Origin: a virus
Taxonomy: Duplodnaviria; Heunggongvirae; Uroviricota; Caudoviricetes
Length of the DNA stretch: 45,060 bases
Direction: 5' to 3' (one strand)
IMG/VR virus record: IMGVR_UViG_2718217795_000003
The position numbers were made by a program, and so were the translations under genes. The stretch's first letter is position 1, and the number at the start of each line of letters is the position of its first letter. The notes below the pieces were generated by a model. The model saw nothing but the letters and a program-made list of their open reading frames with translations. It was not told the origin of the DNA and searched no databases. Shown piece after piece: positions 1 to 8,835 of the stretch.

Positions 1-19
1 CTATTTGATAAATATTAAA

Positions 20-1315
20 TTAATTTTTCATTGCTTCGCTATGGGGCATGGTTGGGGCAAACTCGCTTAACTGTGTATTTAACAAAGCTACCTGTGCATT
101 ATTGTTTTCAGACATCCATTTTCCGTATACCTGAAATACCATTTGCGCATCTGCATGGCCCATCTGGTTTGCTATAAATGCCGGGTTAGCACCAGCTGTC
201 AGCGACCAGCAGGCATAAGTATGTCTCGACTGATATGATTTTCGATGGCGGAGTCCGGCACGTTTTATCGCTGCGTCCCACATCTGCCTTATTGAGTCAA
301 CGGTAAAATGGTCACCATAATTTTTTACTCTCGCTGACACTTCAGGTTGAAAAACAAAGGTGCATTTTTGTTTTTCTGTTCTGCCATACTCTCTGAGGTG
401 AACATCAATGATATGCTCTTTGCTCAGTCTCGTTAATGTCATCTGACTCCGGAGAGCGTCGATTGCTGGCTTAATAAGATGAATGACCCGATTGGTTCCC
501 GCCTGTGTTTTTGGTACCGTGAAACGGTCTTTTGCTAAATTTCTCCTGATCATCATTGTTCCATTTTTCAGATCTATGTCCTCCCATCCAAGTGCACACA
601 GCTCACCAGGGCGAACGCCAGTATAAACAGAAACACACCATAAATTTTTTGCTTGCTGATTTCTGCACGCATCGATAAGACGGATAAATTCCTCCCGCGA
701 AAGAGGATCCGGAATGGTTCTTGATTCCTTTAATGGCGAGATCCCCTTAAACGGATTATCTGGCAGGTAACCGTTATCAACACCAAACTGGAACACGGCG
801 TTAAGATTTGTCATGTAATTATTTACAGTTACAGCCGATCTCCCTGGTTGTGTAACAATATAGTTACTTTTGGGGATCTGGTATCCAGTCAGTAGCTCTT
901 TACGAACCTCCAGTAATTTTTCTTTATTAATCGATGAGGCAAGATTTTTTTCACCGATTATGCTCAGGATATTTTTGATGACGGCACGGTATGTGTTGAG
1001 TGATGTTTTGGCGACTTCAGTTTCTTTCAGTGCCAGAAATTTTTCAGCCAGTTCTTTTATGGTTAAATCTTGTCGGGCCTCACCAAATTTTTCCAGATTG
1101 CGTGAGGAGGGAAACTGTTTTGCATAGTCGAAAACACCAGTTTTTATTGCGTAACAAACAGAGGAGCGTAGTTCACCTGCAACGCGCCTGTTTTTTGCTG
1201 TGTCAGGAACCCCCAGATTTTCCCTGACTCTTACGCCTTTATAAACAAACCAGATACGTAATTTCCCTCCATGGTTTTCCACGCCTGTCGGATATTTCAT
1301 TTCAACTTCTCTCAT
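20..1315 (-). CDS. int: Phage tyrosine integrase (site-specific recombinase)
   Basis: 431-aa ORF; C-terminal catalytic region with R..HxxR..Y-type residues (..RHTYACWSL..GHADAQMVFQVYGKWM); followed by an excisionase-like gene, typical prophage end. attL would lie left of position 20 and is not resolvable here. Confidence 0.9.
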   Translation of the reverse strand: MREVEMKYPTGVENHGGKLRIWFVYKGVRVRENLGVPDTAKNRRVAGELRSSVCYAIKTGVFDYAKQFPSSRNLEKFGEARQDLTIKELAEKFLALKETEVAKTSLNTYRAVIKNILSIIGEKNLASSINKEKLLEVRKELLTGYQIPKSNYIVTQPGRSAVTVNNYMTNLNAVFQFGVDNGYLPDNPFKGISPLKESRTIPDPLSREEFIRLIDACRNQQAKNLWCVSVYTGVRPGELCALGWEDIDLKNGTMMIRRNLAKDRFTVPKTQAGTNRVIHLIKPAIDALRSQMTLTRLSKEHIIDVHLREYGRTEKQKCTFVFQPEVSARVKNYGDHFTVDSIRQMWDAAIKRAGLRHRKSYQSRHTYACWSLTAGANPAFIANQMGHADAQMVFQVYGKWMSENNNAQVALLNTQLSEFAPTMPHSEAMKN

Positions 1316-1334
1316 TAGTTAGTGTGGCTTTTAG

Positions 1335-1586
1335 TCAAGTAAGATGACGTCTTGGTCTCGCTGATGCCTGGCGCTCAATCCAGCGATCAATTTCTTCCAG
1401 GTTGTAAAAGCATGGACTGTTATCCCATGGCATACCGTCATGAGCGACATGCTTATATTCCCTTCCTTCCATAAACGATTTTTCCCGGGCCTTTTTTAAC
1501 GTACCTTTTTTTATACCTTTCAGCGCAATTAACTGCTCTTCGGATACCCATTTGCCGGGAGAGACAATCATGATTACTTCGCTCAT
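1335..1586 (-). CDS. xis: Excisionase-like small DNA-binding protein
   Basis: 83-aa basic protein immediately upstream of int on the same strand; size and position typical of lambdoid Xis. Confidence 0.6.
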   Translation of the reverse strand: MSEVIMIVSPGKWVSEEQLIALKGIKKGTLKKAREKSFMEGREYKHVAHDGMPWDNSPCFYNLEEIDRWIERQASARPRRHLT

Positions 1587-1658
1587 CGATTTCTTTATCT
1601 CTTACATCAGACGAGCGCCGGTTGCAGAATACCAGTCACAACCGGCGACAGTTGAACA

Positions 1659-4130
1659 TTAAGAATCAGCCTGACTCGGGATCAGTTTTTGCCAGATAAC
1701 TGAAACGTATTTTGCCTGGTAACGGGCGTCATCAAGTGCATTATGGCGCTCACCTTCGAATGGAATAGCCGTTCTGGCATCGAAGTCTATGGCTTTCCCC
1801 AGCTCAACGATTGTGCGTACATCGCGATCGTTGTAGTAACGCCACGGGCAGGGGATCCCCTGCCGTTCGTATGAACGGCGCAAAATCGTGTTGTCGAAGT
1901 TGGCTCCATTTCCCCAAACCTGAACAAAAAATTCACCGGAGTTTTCGTCGATAAATTCCCGCAATTGTAACAGTGCATCATCTAACGGGATTTCATCGGT
2001 CATAATGGCAGATTGCGCTTCGCGTGATTGCTTAAGCCACCATTTAATGGTGTCCCGATCAATGACTCCGCCAGCAGTTTCCAGATCGATAGTCTTACTA
2101 AATTCCGGTCCCATATCTCCGGTTTGCGGATCGAAAAATATTGCACCTATTGAGATGATCGGGGCATCAGGATTTTTTCCCATGGTTTCAAGGTCGATCA
2201 TTAGATGGTCACACGTCCTGCTGGTGGATGTGATTTCGTGATGACCGTTCACCTTAATTGAGTGATCTGCCGTCTCGCCAGTTTCATTATCGCTATTGTG
2301 ATGCTGATTGCCGCCAGTGTTCTCCTTGTGTGGATGTTCAGCGCCTTCCATTTCCTCCGGATCATCTTCCTGAACTTCAACCTGATACTCTTCATCGAAT
2401 GTTTCTTGGTATGTTGCGTCGCCCATCACCGCGCCACAATCAGGGCAGTTGCCGCCGCCGGTCTGACCGCAGGCGGTGCAGACTTTTTCCACTTCCTGTT
2501 GCGCCACTGGTTCAGGCTGTTTCGTTTCTGGCTCGTTTTGTAACGCATTTGGGCTGTTTTGTTCCGCTTTTTGGTAGTTCCGTTCCGATTCATGCTGGTT
2601 CTGGTTCACAGAATCGCGGGTCTGGATCCCCTTAACCCATTTCGGATCATTCGGGTCACTAATCCCTTCAACAAATTCACCACGTGATGCAGCAAGCAAC
2701 TTATCGGCGTCAGGCTGGCTGATATTGGCTGCCTGCATAATTTTGTTTACTTCGTCAGCGGTAACTTTTATCGGTTCTGGTTGTTCTGAATCTTCAGCGG
2801 TATCTACATTTTGCGGTAAGCCCGTGTATGTGCCATTTTTTCGGGCAAAATATTCTTCTTTTGTGATTTCAGTGGCGCCAGCAGCCAGTGCCTTATCCAG
2901 ACCAGAAAGTTTGTTTGCGCGACCGTATTTTTCTCCGTCCTTATCTGCGAAGAGGAAATAAAACGGCCCCTCACGCTCTACAGATGGTTCAGCTTCCGGC
3001 GCGGTTTCATTTTTTGGGATATCAGATACCTCAGTTTCCACTGCATCAGTTTGTGTTTCTGATGACTGGAGAACATCAACAGTGCCCAGGTCTGTTTCTT
3101 CATTCTCAAACACGCCCTTTGTCGTCAGGTATTCGCAGATATATTTGTTCAGTGCTACGGGATCTTTGTGAATGTCGATCGGACGCTCACGGACAAGGCC
3201 AAAAATAGTTTGGCGGTCGTAGCGAAGGGCATCAGGCTGTTTGCGCATTGATGCCGAGATACGCTTCCAGTCTTCGCGGTCGTTGTCGATAACTTCTTTT
3301 TTTGCCCAGCGATGGATGCTGCCGTCAATGTTTCCGGCATCCACATCACCAGGCCAGAGAGCGTAGGCCAGTTCGTCATCCAGTGTTTTCCATGTCTGCT
3401 TGTATTCGCGATGAATGGCAGCAATGACCGGGCTGATTTTTCCTGTTGAATTTTCAGTGTACTGTTGATTGGCTCTGGCGCGGGCGAGATCAACAACAGA
3501 CGTGTATTTTCCGGTTTCCTTGCGTTCACCTTCGCGACGTTTTTTCCAGATGCGCATCTCTGCCTGAATTTCGGGCCATTTAGCACCAGGAATACATTTA
3601 TGCTTAACCCACCCAATGGCGTGCAACTTAAGCTCCGGATACATGGCGTTAACTTCTGGCATTTTCATCAACGCTTCAACGATATGTCCGTCGAATGTTG
3701 CCATGTCTTCCTGCAACAATTCCTGTGCGCTAATAACCATATCAACGGTGATGTTTTCACATGTGTCGAACTTAACCATGACAGCGTTCTGTACTTCAGG
3801 GGCCAGCTTGTCAAAAGTGACGTTCAACGGATCGGATTCAGTCTCAACCGGGACAAAAGAAGCAGACTCCTCATCCCAGCGGTTTTCCTGCATATATTCA
3901 GCATCCCATGAATCGAGGGCAGGGCGGGGTATGCCAGGTTTATCCTCGCAGACAATAAATTTATAAGCGGAGTCCTGAGCAGCCGGATAATGTTCCAGGA
4001 ACTGCCAGTGAAATTTTGCTCGAGCACGGCGTTCGTCGCCAGCTTCAATGGCTGTGGCTACAGCCACAGCGCCTTCTTCCCTTGTTGCCAGTTCGTCAGG
4101 AATAGCGGCGCAAATAAAGACTTTACTCAT
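1659..4130 (-). CDS. RecE-like exonuclease (exodeoxyribonuclease VIII-like) with C-terminal DEDD-type 3'-5' exonuclease domain
   Basis: 823-aa ORF; C-terminus has DnaQ-like motifs (MIDLETMG..., ...HNALDDARYQAKY); acidic central linker and a CxxC...CxxC segment (CTACGQTGGGNCPDCG). No RecT/Bet-like partner ORF adjacent. Confidence 0.7.
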   Translation of the reverse strand: MSKVFICAAIPDELATREEGAVAVATAIEAGDERRARAKFHWQFLEHYPAAQDSAYKFIVCEDKPGIPRPALDSWDAEYMQENRWDEESASFVPVETESDPLNVTFDKLAPEVQNAVMVKFDTCENITVDMVISAQELLQEDMATFDGHIVEALMKMPEVNAMYPELKLHAIGWVKHKCIPGAKWPEIQAEMRIWKKRREGERKETGKYTSVVDLARARANQQYTENSTGKISPVIAAIHREYKQTWKTLDDELAYALWPGDVDAGNIDGSIHRWAKKEVIDNDREDWKRISASMRKQPDALRYDRQTIFGLVRERPIDIHKDPVALNKYICEYLTTKGVFENEETDLGTVDVLQSSETQTDAVETEVSDIPKNETAPEAEPSVEREGPFYFLFADKDGEKYGRANKLSGLDKALAAGATEITKEEYFARKNGTYTGLPQNVDTAEDSEQPEPIKVTADEVNKIMQAANISQPDADKLLAASRGEFVEGISDPNDPKWVKGIQTRDSVNQNQHESERNYQKAEQNSPNALQNEPETKQPEPVAQQEVEKVCTACGQTGGGNCPDCGAVMGDATYQETFDEEYQVEVQEDDPEEMEGAEHPHKENTGGNQHHNSDNETGETADHSIKVNGHHEITSTSRTCDHLMIDLETMGKNPDAPIISIGAIFFDPQTGDMGPEFSKTIDLETAGGVIDRDTIKWWLKQSREAQSAIMTDEIPLDDALLQLREFIDENSGEFFVQVWGNGANFDNTILRRSYERQGIPCPWRYYNDRDVRTIVELGKAIDFDARTAIPFEGERHNALDDARYQAKYVSVIWQKLIPSQADS

Positions 4131-4223
4131 TTTGTTTTAACCTCATGACAGATTTAAGGATGAACAAATCCCTGCCATTGCTGGCATATAAGAATGAAAC
4201 CGGATATTTATTACGGAACTGTT

Positions 4224-4415
4224 TTAAAGACCTGCCGGGATTTCGATATTATCCTGGTGAATAACTTTATCGACCGGGTAACAGTTACCGGGAATTTTCT
4301 GTTCGGTTGCTGCTGTCATACACTCCTGCATTGTCCTGTGAACACTGACTGCAATATCAACTGGCTCTCCGGAAACAAGAAAAACTGTCAGAACAAGCGC
4401 AAATGCTGAATTCAT
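4224..4415 (-). CDS. Small secreted/membrane hypothetical protein
   Basis: Start chosen at the internal ATG that overlaps the upstream stop codon as ATGA; N-terminus MNSAFALVLTVFLVSG resembles a signal peptide. Confidence 0.4.
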   Translation of the reverse strand: MNSAFALVLTVFLVSGEPVDIAVSVHRTMQECMTAATEQKIPGNCYPVDKVIHQDNIEIPAGL

Positions 4416-4600
4416 TGTGCACATCCTTTTGGCATCAGACGTAAACGAGCCAGCATTGAAACAATGCATATTTTATTTAATAGCTCCCGTTCTTGTTTTC
4501 TCTTGTTAATGGCATCTTCAGTAAATACAGGGTTACTGATAGTGACACCAATTTCAAAACAACCTTCAGACGTATTAACGTTTGGTAATAACGTTTTCAT
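4412..4600 (-). CDS. Hypothetical small protein
   Basis: ATG at 4598-4600 preceded by GAGGA about 8 nt upstream; stop overlaps the next gene start (ATGA). The longer ORF in the track begins with GTG. Confidence 0.35.
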   Translation of the reverse strand: MKTLLPNVNTSEGCFEIGVTISNPVFTEDAINKRKQERELLNKICIVSMLARLRLMPKGCAQ

Positions 4601-5086
4601 TATCGCGTCCTCAACAATGAATTTTGTGATGCAGTGCCTGGTGCCTCCAGGTGACGTTAACCAGTTAACAATTAACGCCGGATACAGAGAATCCACCCAT
4701 AACACTGTTTTTGGTTTTAACTGTTCCGCGTGCGCTTAGCCGCATTCACCGCATCACAAAATTCACTTTAAAAACGGCGGCAGAGCAGTCACGGAGTAAA
4801 ACTGATACCGCCAAACACCACCAGAAAATTGATAACAGAGGGCGTTGCAGCGGGGTTGTCACTTAAGCGTATGGTCAACCTGACAACTCGGTGTCCTCAA
4901 CGGGGAAGGAATAACCCCGCCATACTTACCGCCGCGCCATTTTGCGGGCTGCCACAACCGGAAGCGCACGGTCGAATTAAATTTAACGACACCGTACAGT
5001 GAGACGAACTTCGCCGTGCGCTTTCGTGTTGTGTGCCTGCTTTTAACCACGTCAGGCGAGGTGGTATCCTTAAAATCACCACAGTT

Positions 5087-5662
5087 TTAAGGATTCATTA
5101 AGCAATGTCGCAACCACCAATAAATCCGCTTAAGAACATGAAAATTGATTACTGGTATAAAGCGCTTACAGTTGTTGGCGCTGCGTTGTTTGTCTTTAAT
5201 GGAACGTCTTTTTTTGACAGATATCCCGTTGTTCCATTGGGTTTTTTGTCCTCCGGCATCTTTTTTATTGGTTTGGGGGAGTGGATTAATCACCCTCTCA
5301 AGGTGAGATTTATTGGTCCTGGAGTTTGGACTCGTGGATATAATCGTTCTTCGTGCGCACTCGGTATCATCTTCGACATACTTGGTTGTTTCCTGATTGT
5401 TACAGGAGTCGTCAAGTTCTTCTGATGTAAAACCGCAAATGGGGCACGTAACGGGAATTTTGAAAAGCGTTTCTCCGGGTTCCAGAACAAAATTTTCTGC
5501 GGTCTGATTTTGCTTCTCATATTTGTGCTCCGCGTCATTGTGAGAGCACATTCTTATTCTGAGTGCCTGTTTAAACTCACTGAAGCTGAGAGCTTCTTCG
5601 CCTTCGGCAAGGCCTTCGAAGTATTCTTCGTAAGCCTTTTCCATGATTGTGTCGAAATCCAT
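5087..5662 (-). CDS. Hypothetical early protein with CPICG zinc-ribbon-like motif (3' extent uncertain)
   Basis: ATG at 5660-5662 lies 1 nt after the stop of the upstream 51-codon gene; the N-terminal about 90 aa look protein-like (acidic, PVTCPICGF), the C-terminal part is antisense to the membrane ORF and is low-complexity basic sequence. Confidence 0.35.
   Translation of the reverse strand: MDFDTIMEKAYEEYFEGLAEGEEALSFSEFKQALRIRMCSHNDAEHKYEKQNQTAENFVLEPGETLFKIPVTCPICGFTSEELDDSCNNQETTKYVEDDTECARRTIISTSPNSRTNKSHLERVINPLPQTNKKDAGGQKTQWNNGISVKKRRSIKDKQRSANNCKRFIPVINFHVLKRIYWWLRHCLMNP
5105..5425 (+). CDS. Small multi-pass membrane protein (possible superinfection-exclusion SieB-like function)
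   Basis: 106-aa ORF with AAGGA upstream; three hydrophobic segments; lies opposite to the early-left genes as sieB does in Rac/lambda-like phages. Functional call is by position only. Confidence 0.4.
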   Translation: MSQPPINPLKNMKIDYWYKALTVVGAALFVFNGTSFFDRYPVVPLGFLSSGIFFIGLGEWINHPLKVRFIGPGVWTRGYNRSSCALGIIFDILGCFLIVTGVVKFF

Positions 5663-5663
5663 A

Positions 5664-5819
5664 TCACTCACCTGAGTTTCTTTCCAGCCAGCGACGGGCA
5701 CCATTTTCGGTTTTAAACGTTTTGCTTTTGGTATACGTCATCGCGGTGAACGTGCCGTCCTGGTTGGGGAACACGCCACATACCAGAGATTCGCTGTTGC
5801 CAAGATCGATAGTATCCAT
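5664..5819 (-). CDS. Small prophage protein (YdaF-like, 51 aa)
   Basis: ATG at 5817-5819 with GAGG 4 nt upstream; 51 codons; sequence MDTIDLGNSESLV...GARRWLERNSGE recalled as similar to the Rac ydaF product. Confidence 0.55.
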   Translation of the reverse strand: MDTIDLGNSESLVCGVFPNQDGTFTAMTYTKSKTFKTENGARRWLERNSGE

Positions 5820-6011
5820 GCTGACCTCATTTCCCCTTAACGCCGGGGTAGCGGAACTGTTTGCTGAGAACACCGTGCGGTGTCTTGATGGAGGTAATTT
5901 AGTTTTCTCATTATTTTTCGTCAAGGTTTTTTGATGAGAAAACTCAAGTATTGGCGCAAGATAAAGCCAATACATTGAAATGTAAGGCTTTAAAATTTTG
6001 TGAAGGGATGA

Positions 6012-6419
6012 TTATTGATGCTTGTTGCGTTTGCGAGCCTCTAATAGCTCGGTGAACAGGCGATTAAAATTCTCAACGCGGGCGCGGAGTTCGCTGAGTT
6101 GTGCTTGTTGCTCTGATTTAGGAAGTGCGCGATACAAACGCAGCATCTCTAACTCATCTTCCGATAAGTCTAAGGCACTATCGAGTGAAACAGGGGGAGC
6201 TGGTGTTTTGTCCTCGTCGCCAAACAGTATCCAGGTTGGTGAACATTGCAATACCTCGGCAAGGCGATGCAAATTTTGCCCGCGCGGGGCTGTATGGTCA
6301 CTTTCCCATAATGAAATTGATGAGCCAGATACGCCAGCAGCTTTGCTTAAACCGTTTTGACTTAAGCCTACCTGCTTACGTCTTTCTCTAATGCGTTGAC
6401 CTAAAGTTTTCTCGTTCAT
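6012..6419 (-). CDS. racR: XRE-family HTH repressor (RacR/CI-like prophage repressor)
   Basis: N-terminus MNEKTLGQRIRERRKQVGLSQNGLSKAAGVSGSSISLWE is a canonical XRE helix-turn-helix; divergent from the Cro-like gene. Start set to the internal ATG (6417-6419) so that an intergenic control region exists; the ORF could extend to 6470. Confidence 0.75.
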   Translation of the reverse strand: MNEKTLGQRIRERRKQVGLSQNGLSKAAGVSGSSISLWESDHTAPRGQNLHRLAEVLQCSPTWILFGDEDKTPAPPVSLDSALDLSEDELEMLRLYRALPKSEQQAQLSELRARVENFNRLFTELLEARKRNKHQ

Positions 6420-6496
6420 ATTTAGATATCTTAATAACCCTTGACTTGAGATTCCTTGAGTGATTAGCATTGAGAAAACTCAATATTGGAGGTGCG
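6420..6496. promoter_or_regulatory. Divergent immunity control region with palindromic operator candidate
   Basis: TTGACT at 6441-6446; perfect palindrome ATTGAGAAAACTCAAT at 6469-6484; GGAGGTG RBS for the rightward gene. Confidence 0.45.
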
Positions 6497-6724
6497 ATGT
6501 TTAAATCAGACGTAATTAATTTTTACGGTACGAAAGCCAAAGTAGCGAAAGCTGCTGGCGTTGATCCATCTGCTGTTTCTCAATGGCAAGAGCTGGTTCC
6601 TGAAGGTCGCGCGATGCGTCTACAGGAGGCATCTGGCGGCGAGCTTCTGTATGATCCCAAGGTTTATGACGAATATCGTAAGACGAAGCGGGCGGGGCGG
6701 TTGAACAATGAAAATCACTCCTGA
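6497..6724 (+). CDS. ydaS: Cro/YdaS-like small HTH protein
   Basis: ATG at 6497 with GGAGG 6 nt upstream; 75 aa; divergent from the repressor. Confidence 0.65.
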   Translation: MFKSDVINFYGTKAKVAKAAGVDPSAVSQWQELVPEGRAMRLQEASGGELLYDPKVYDEYRKTKRAGRLNNENHS

Positions 6725-7229
6725 ACAGGCTCGTGAGGCTCTGGATGCCTGGATATGTCGACCAGGAATGACACAGGAGCAGGCGACGATATTAATCACT
6801 GAAGCATTCTGGGCTTTGAAAGAGCGCCCGAACATCGATGTTCAGCGTGTCACAGATGAAGGTGGCGCGGTTGATCAGCGAGCGCTTGGCGTTAATCGAG
6901 TGAAGATATTCGAACGCTGGAAGGCTATCGACACTAGGGATAAGCGTGAAAAGTTCACGGCGCTAGTGCCTGCAATTATGGAGGCTATCCGGATTAATGA
7001 TTTCAGGTTGTATCGTGAAATTAGTGACGGAAAAAGCATCACGTACATGATCGCCGGGTTAAACAAAGAATATGGCGATGTGGTGGAGTCCGGACTGCTT
7101 TTTGCTGATCCTGCCGTAGTGGATCGTGAAACTGACGAACTTATAGAAAAAGCAATTGCTTTCAAACTTGCGTATCGACAGCAATACCAACAAAAAGCTG
7201 GATGGAATTATGAGCCTTCTTTTTGCTGA
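6708..7229 (+). CDS. ydaT: YdaT-like protein (CII-position regulatory/toxic protein)
   Basis: 173-aa ORF overlapping the ydaS-like stop; order repressor / ydaS / ydaT as in Rac. Confidence 0.55.
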   Translation: MKITPEQAREALDAWICRPGMTQEQATILITEAFWALKERPNIDVQRVTDEGGAVDQRALGVNRVKIFERWKAIDTRDKREKFTALVPAIMEAIRINDFRLYREISDGKSITYMIAGLNKEYGDVVESGLLFADPAVVDRETDELIEKAIAFKLAYRQQYQQKAGWNYEPSFC

Positions 7230-8175
7230 ACGCCCACTGGTTATAAACACACAGCTTGCGATGAAGATTGGCTTAAATGAAGCCATTGTGTTGCAGCAGT
7301 TGCATTACTGGTTGAGAGATACCAATTCCGGCATGGAATGTGATGGTGTTCGCTGGATTTACAACACAACGGAACAATGGCTGGAACAGTTCCCATTCTG
7401 GTCAGAGTCAACGTTAAAGCGCGCGTTTGCAAGTCTGAAAACGCTGGGGCTTTTGCGTTGTGAAAAGCTCAATAAATCAAAGCGCGATATGACCAATTTC
7501 TACACGATCAACTATGGGAGCGAGCTTTTAGATGATGGCAAATTGAGCGAATCCATCGGTTCAAAATGCGCCGCTCCATCAGGTCAAAATGACACGATGG
7601 AAGAGGTCAAAATGAAACGCTCCATTGGTTCAAAACGACCCAATGTCATCGGGTCAAAATGGCCCGATGATCCTACAGAGAATACAACAGAGATTACTAC
7701 AGAGAATAAAAACACTTTTCGTCCGGAAGCTTCGCAACCGGACCCGCAGACGGCTGAACAGGATTTTTTAATCCGGCACCCTGGCGCAGTTGTGTTTAGT
7801 GCGAAAAAACGCCAGTGGGGTAGCCAGGAGGATCTGGCGTGTGCGCAGTGGATATGGGGGCGGATCGTGGGTCTCTACGAACAGGCCGCCAGTGATGATG
7901 GCGAGATCATGCGACCAAAAGAGCCTAACTGGACTGTCTGGGCCAATGATGTGCGCACAATGCGGATGCTGGATGGCAGAAGCCACAGACAAATTTGTGA
8001 AATGTTTGGTCGGGTACAGCGGGATCCATTCTGGGTAAAAAACATCATGAGCCCGTCAAAGCTCCGCGAAAAATGGGACGAACTGGTCATCCGCCTGGGG
8101 CGTTCACCTGTACAGCGTTGTGTTAATCATATTTCTGAACCGGATACAGAAATTCCGCCTGGTTTCAGAGGATAA
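7210..8175 (+). CDS. Putative phage replication initiation protein (N-terminal wHTH, internal IGSK repeats, DnaT-like C-terminus)
   Basis: ATG at 7210; 322 aa; three SIGSK/VIGSK repeats; occupies the O-gene position. No P/DnaC-like helicase-loader ORF follows. Confidence 0.6.
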   Translation: MSLLFAERPLVINTQLAMKIGLNEAIVLQQLHYWLRDTNSGMECDGVRWIYNTTEQWLEQFPFWSESTLKRAFASLKTLGLLRCEKLNKSKRDMTNFYTINYGSELLDDGKLSESIGSKCAAPSGQNDTMEEVKMKRSIGSKRPNVIGSKWPDDPTENTTEITTENKNTFRPEASQPDPQTAEQDFLIRHPGAVVFSAKKRQWGSQEDLACAQWIWGRIVGLYEQAASDDGEIMRPKEPNWTVWANDVRTMRMLDGRSHRQICEMFGRVQRDPFWVKNIMSPSKLREKWDELVIRLGRSPVQRCVNHISEPDTEIPPGFRG

Positions 8176-8215
8176 GTTTTGATTTCAGGTCATGAGGTAA
8201 TTTTAAGGGGGACTT

Positions 8216-8617
8216 GTGGCAAAAGTTTTTACACAAGAAGAGCGGGAAAAAATTAAAGGGCAGGTGGTGGAACTCGTGCGCCAGAGCGGTCGTGAGACGT
8301 TACGGCAACTGGAAGCTAAAACAGGTGCGACTAGATATCTGATGAGCGTTCTTGCCAGAGAGCTGGTAGCCAGTGGCGATGTATACAACTCCGGCTACGG
8401 GTTATTCCCGTCTGAACAGGCGCGTAAGGACTGGCAAAACGCCCGCAAAAAACTCTCGAGGGCAAAGGTGAAGAAAACAGCTGTGGTTGATCCGGACGTT
8501 ATCTGGTCGTTACCTGATGGAGAAATACGTCGCTACGACAGTCGCCTAAACATAATCTGTCGCGAGTGCCGGATGAGTGAAGTTATGCAGCGCATACTGG
8601 CATTTTATCAGGGATAA
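8216..8617 (+). CDS. Hypothetical protein with probable winged-helix segment
   Basis: GTG start at 8216 preceded by AAGGGGGA; 133 aa; convergent with the 595-aa gene. Confidence 0.5.
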   Translation: MAKVFTQEEREKIKGQVVELVRQSGRETLRQLEAKTGATRYLMSVLARELVASGDVYNSGYGLFPSEQARKDWQNARKKLSRAKVKKTAVVDPDVIWSLPDGEIRRYDSRLNIICRECRMSEVMQRILAFYQG

Positions 8618-8835
8618 TGTTAGGTATTTTAGACGTTACTAGATTAAAAAGCATTAGTTCAGGAGTGAATTGACATTCTCATTTTTCATGGCACAGGGTA
8701 GATCTGGCGTGGTTGTCCGCTTTGTGCCAAAAGCGGACATCGAATAATTTCAGCAGCACTCAACCTTATTAACCAAATCGCCTCAACTCATATGGACATG
8801 CATCCGGAAGTGCCAACTTCGTAAACTTATTCACT

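Noticed and set aside
4740-5086. About 350-bp non-coding gap considered as a possible sRNA locus
   Set aside because: Contains hairpins but no clear promoter-plus-terminator pair that I can define by eye; left as non-coding.
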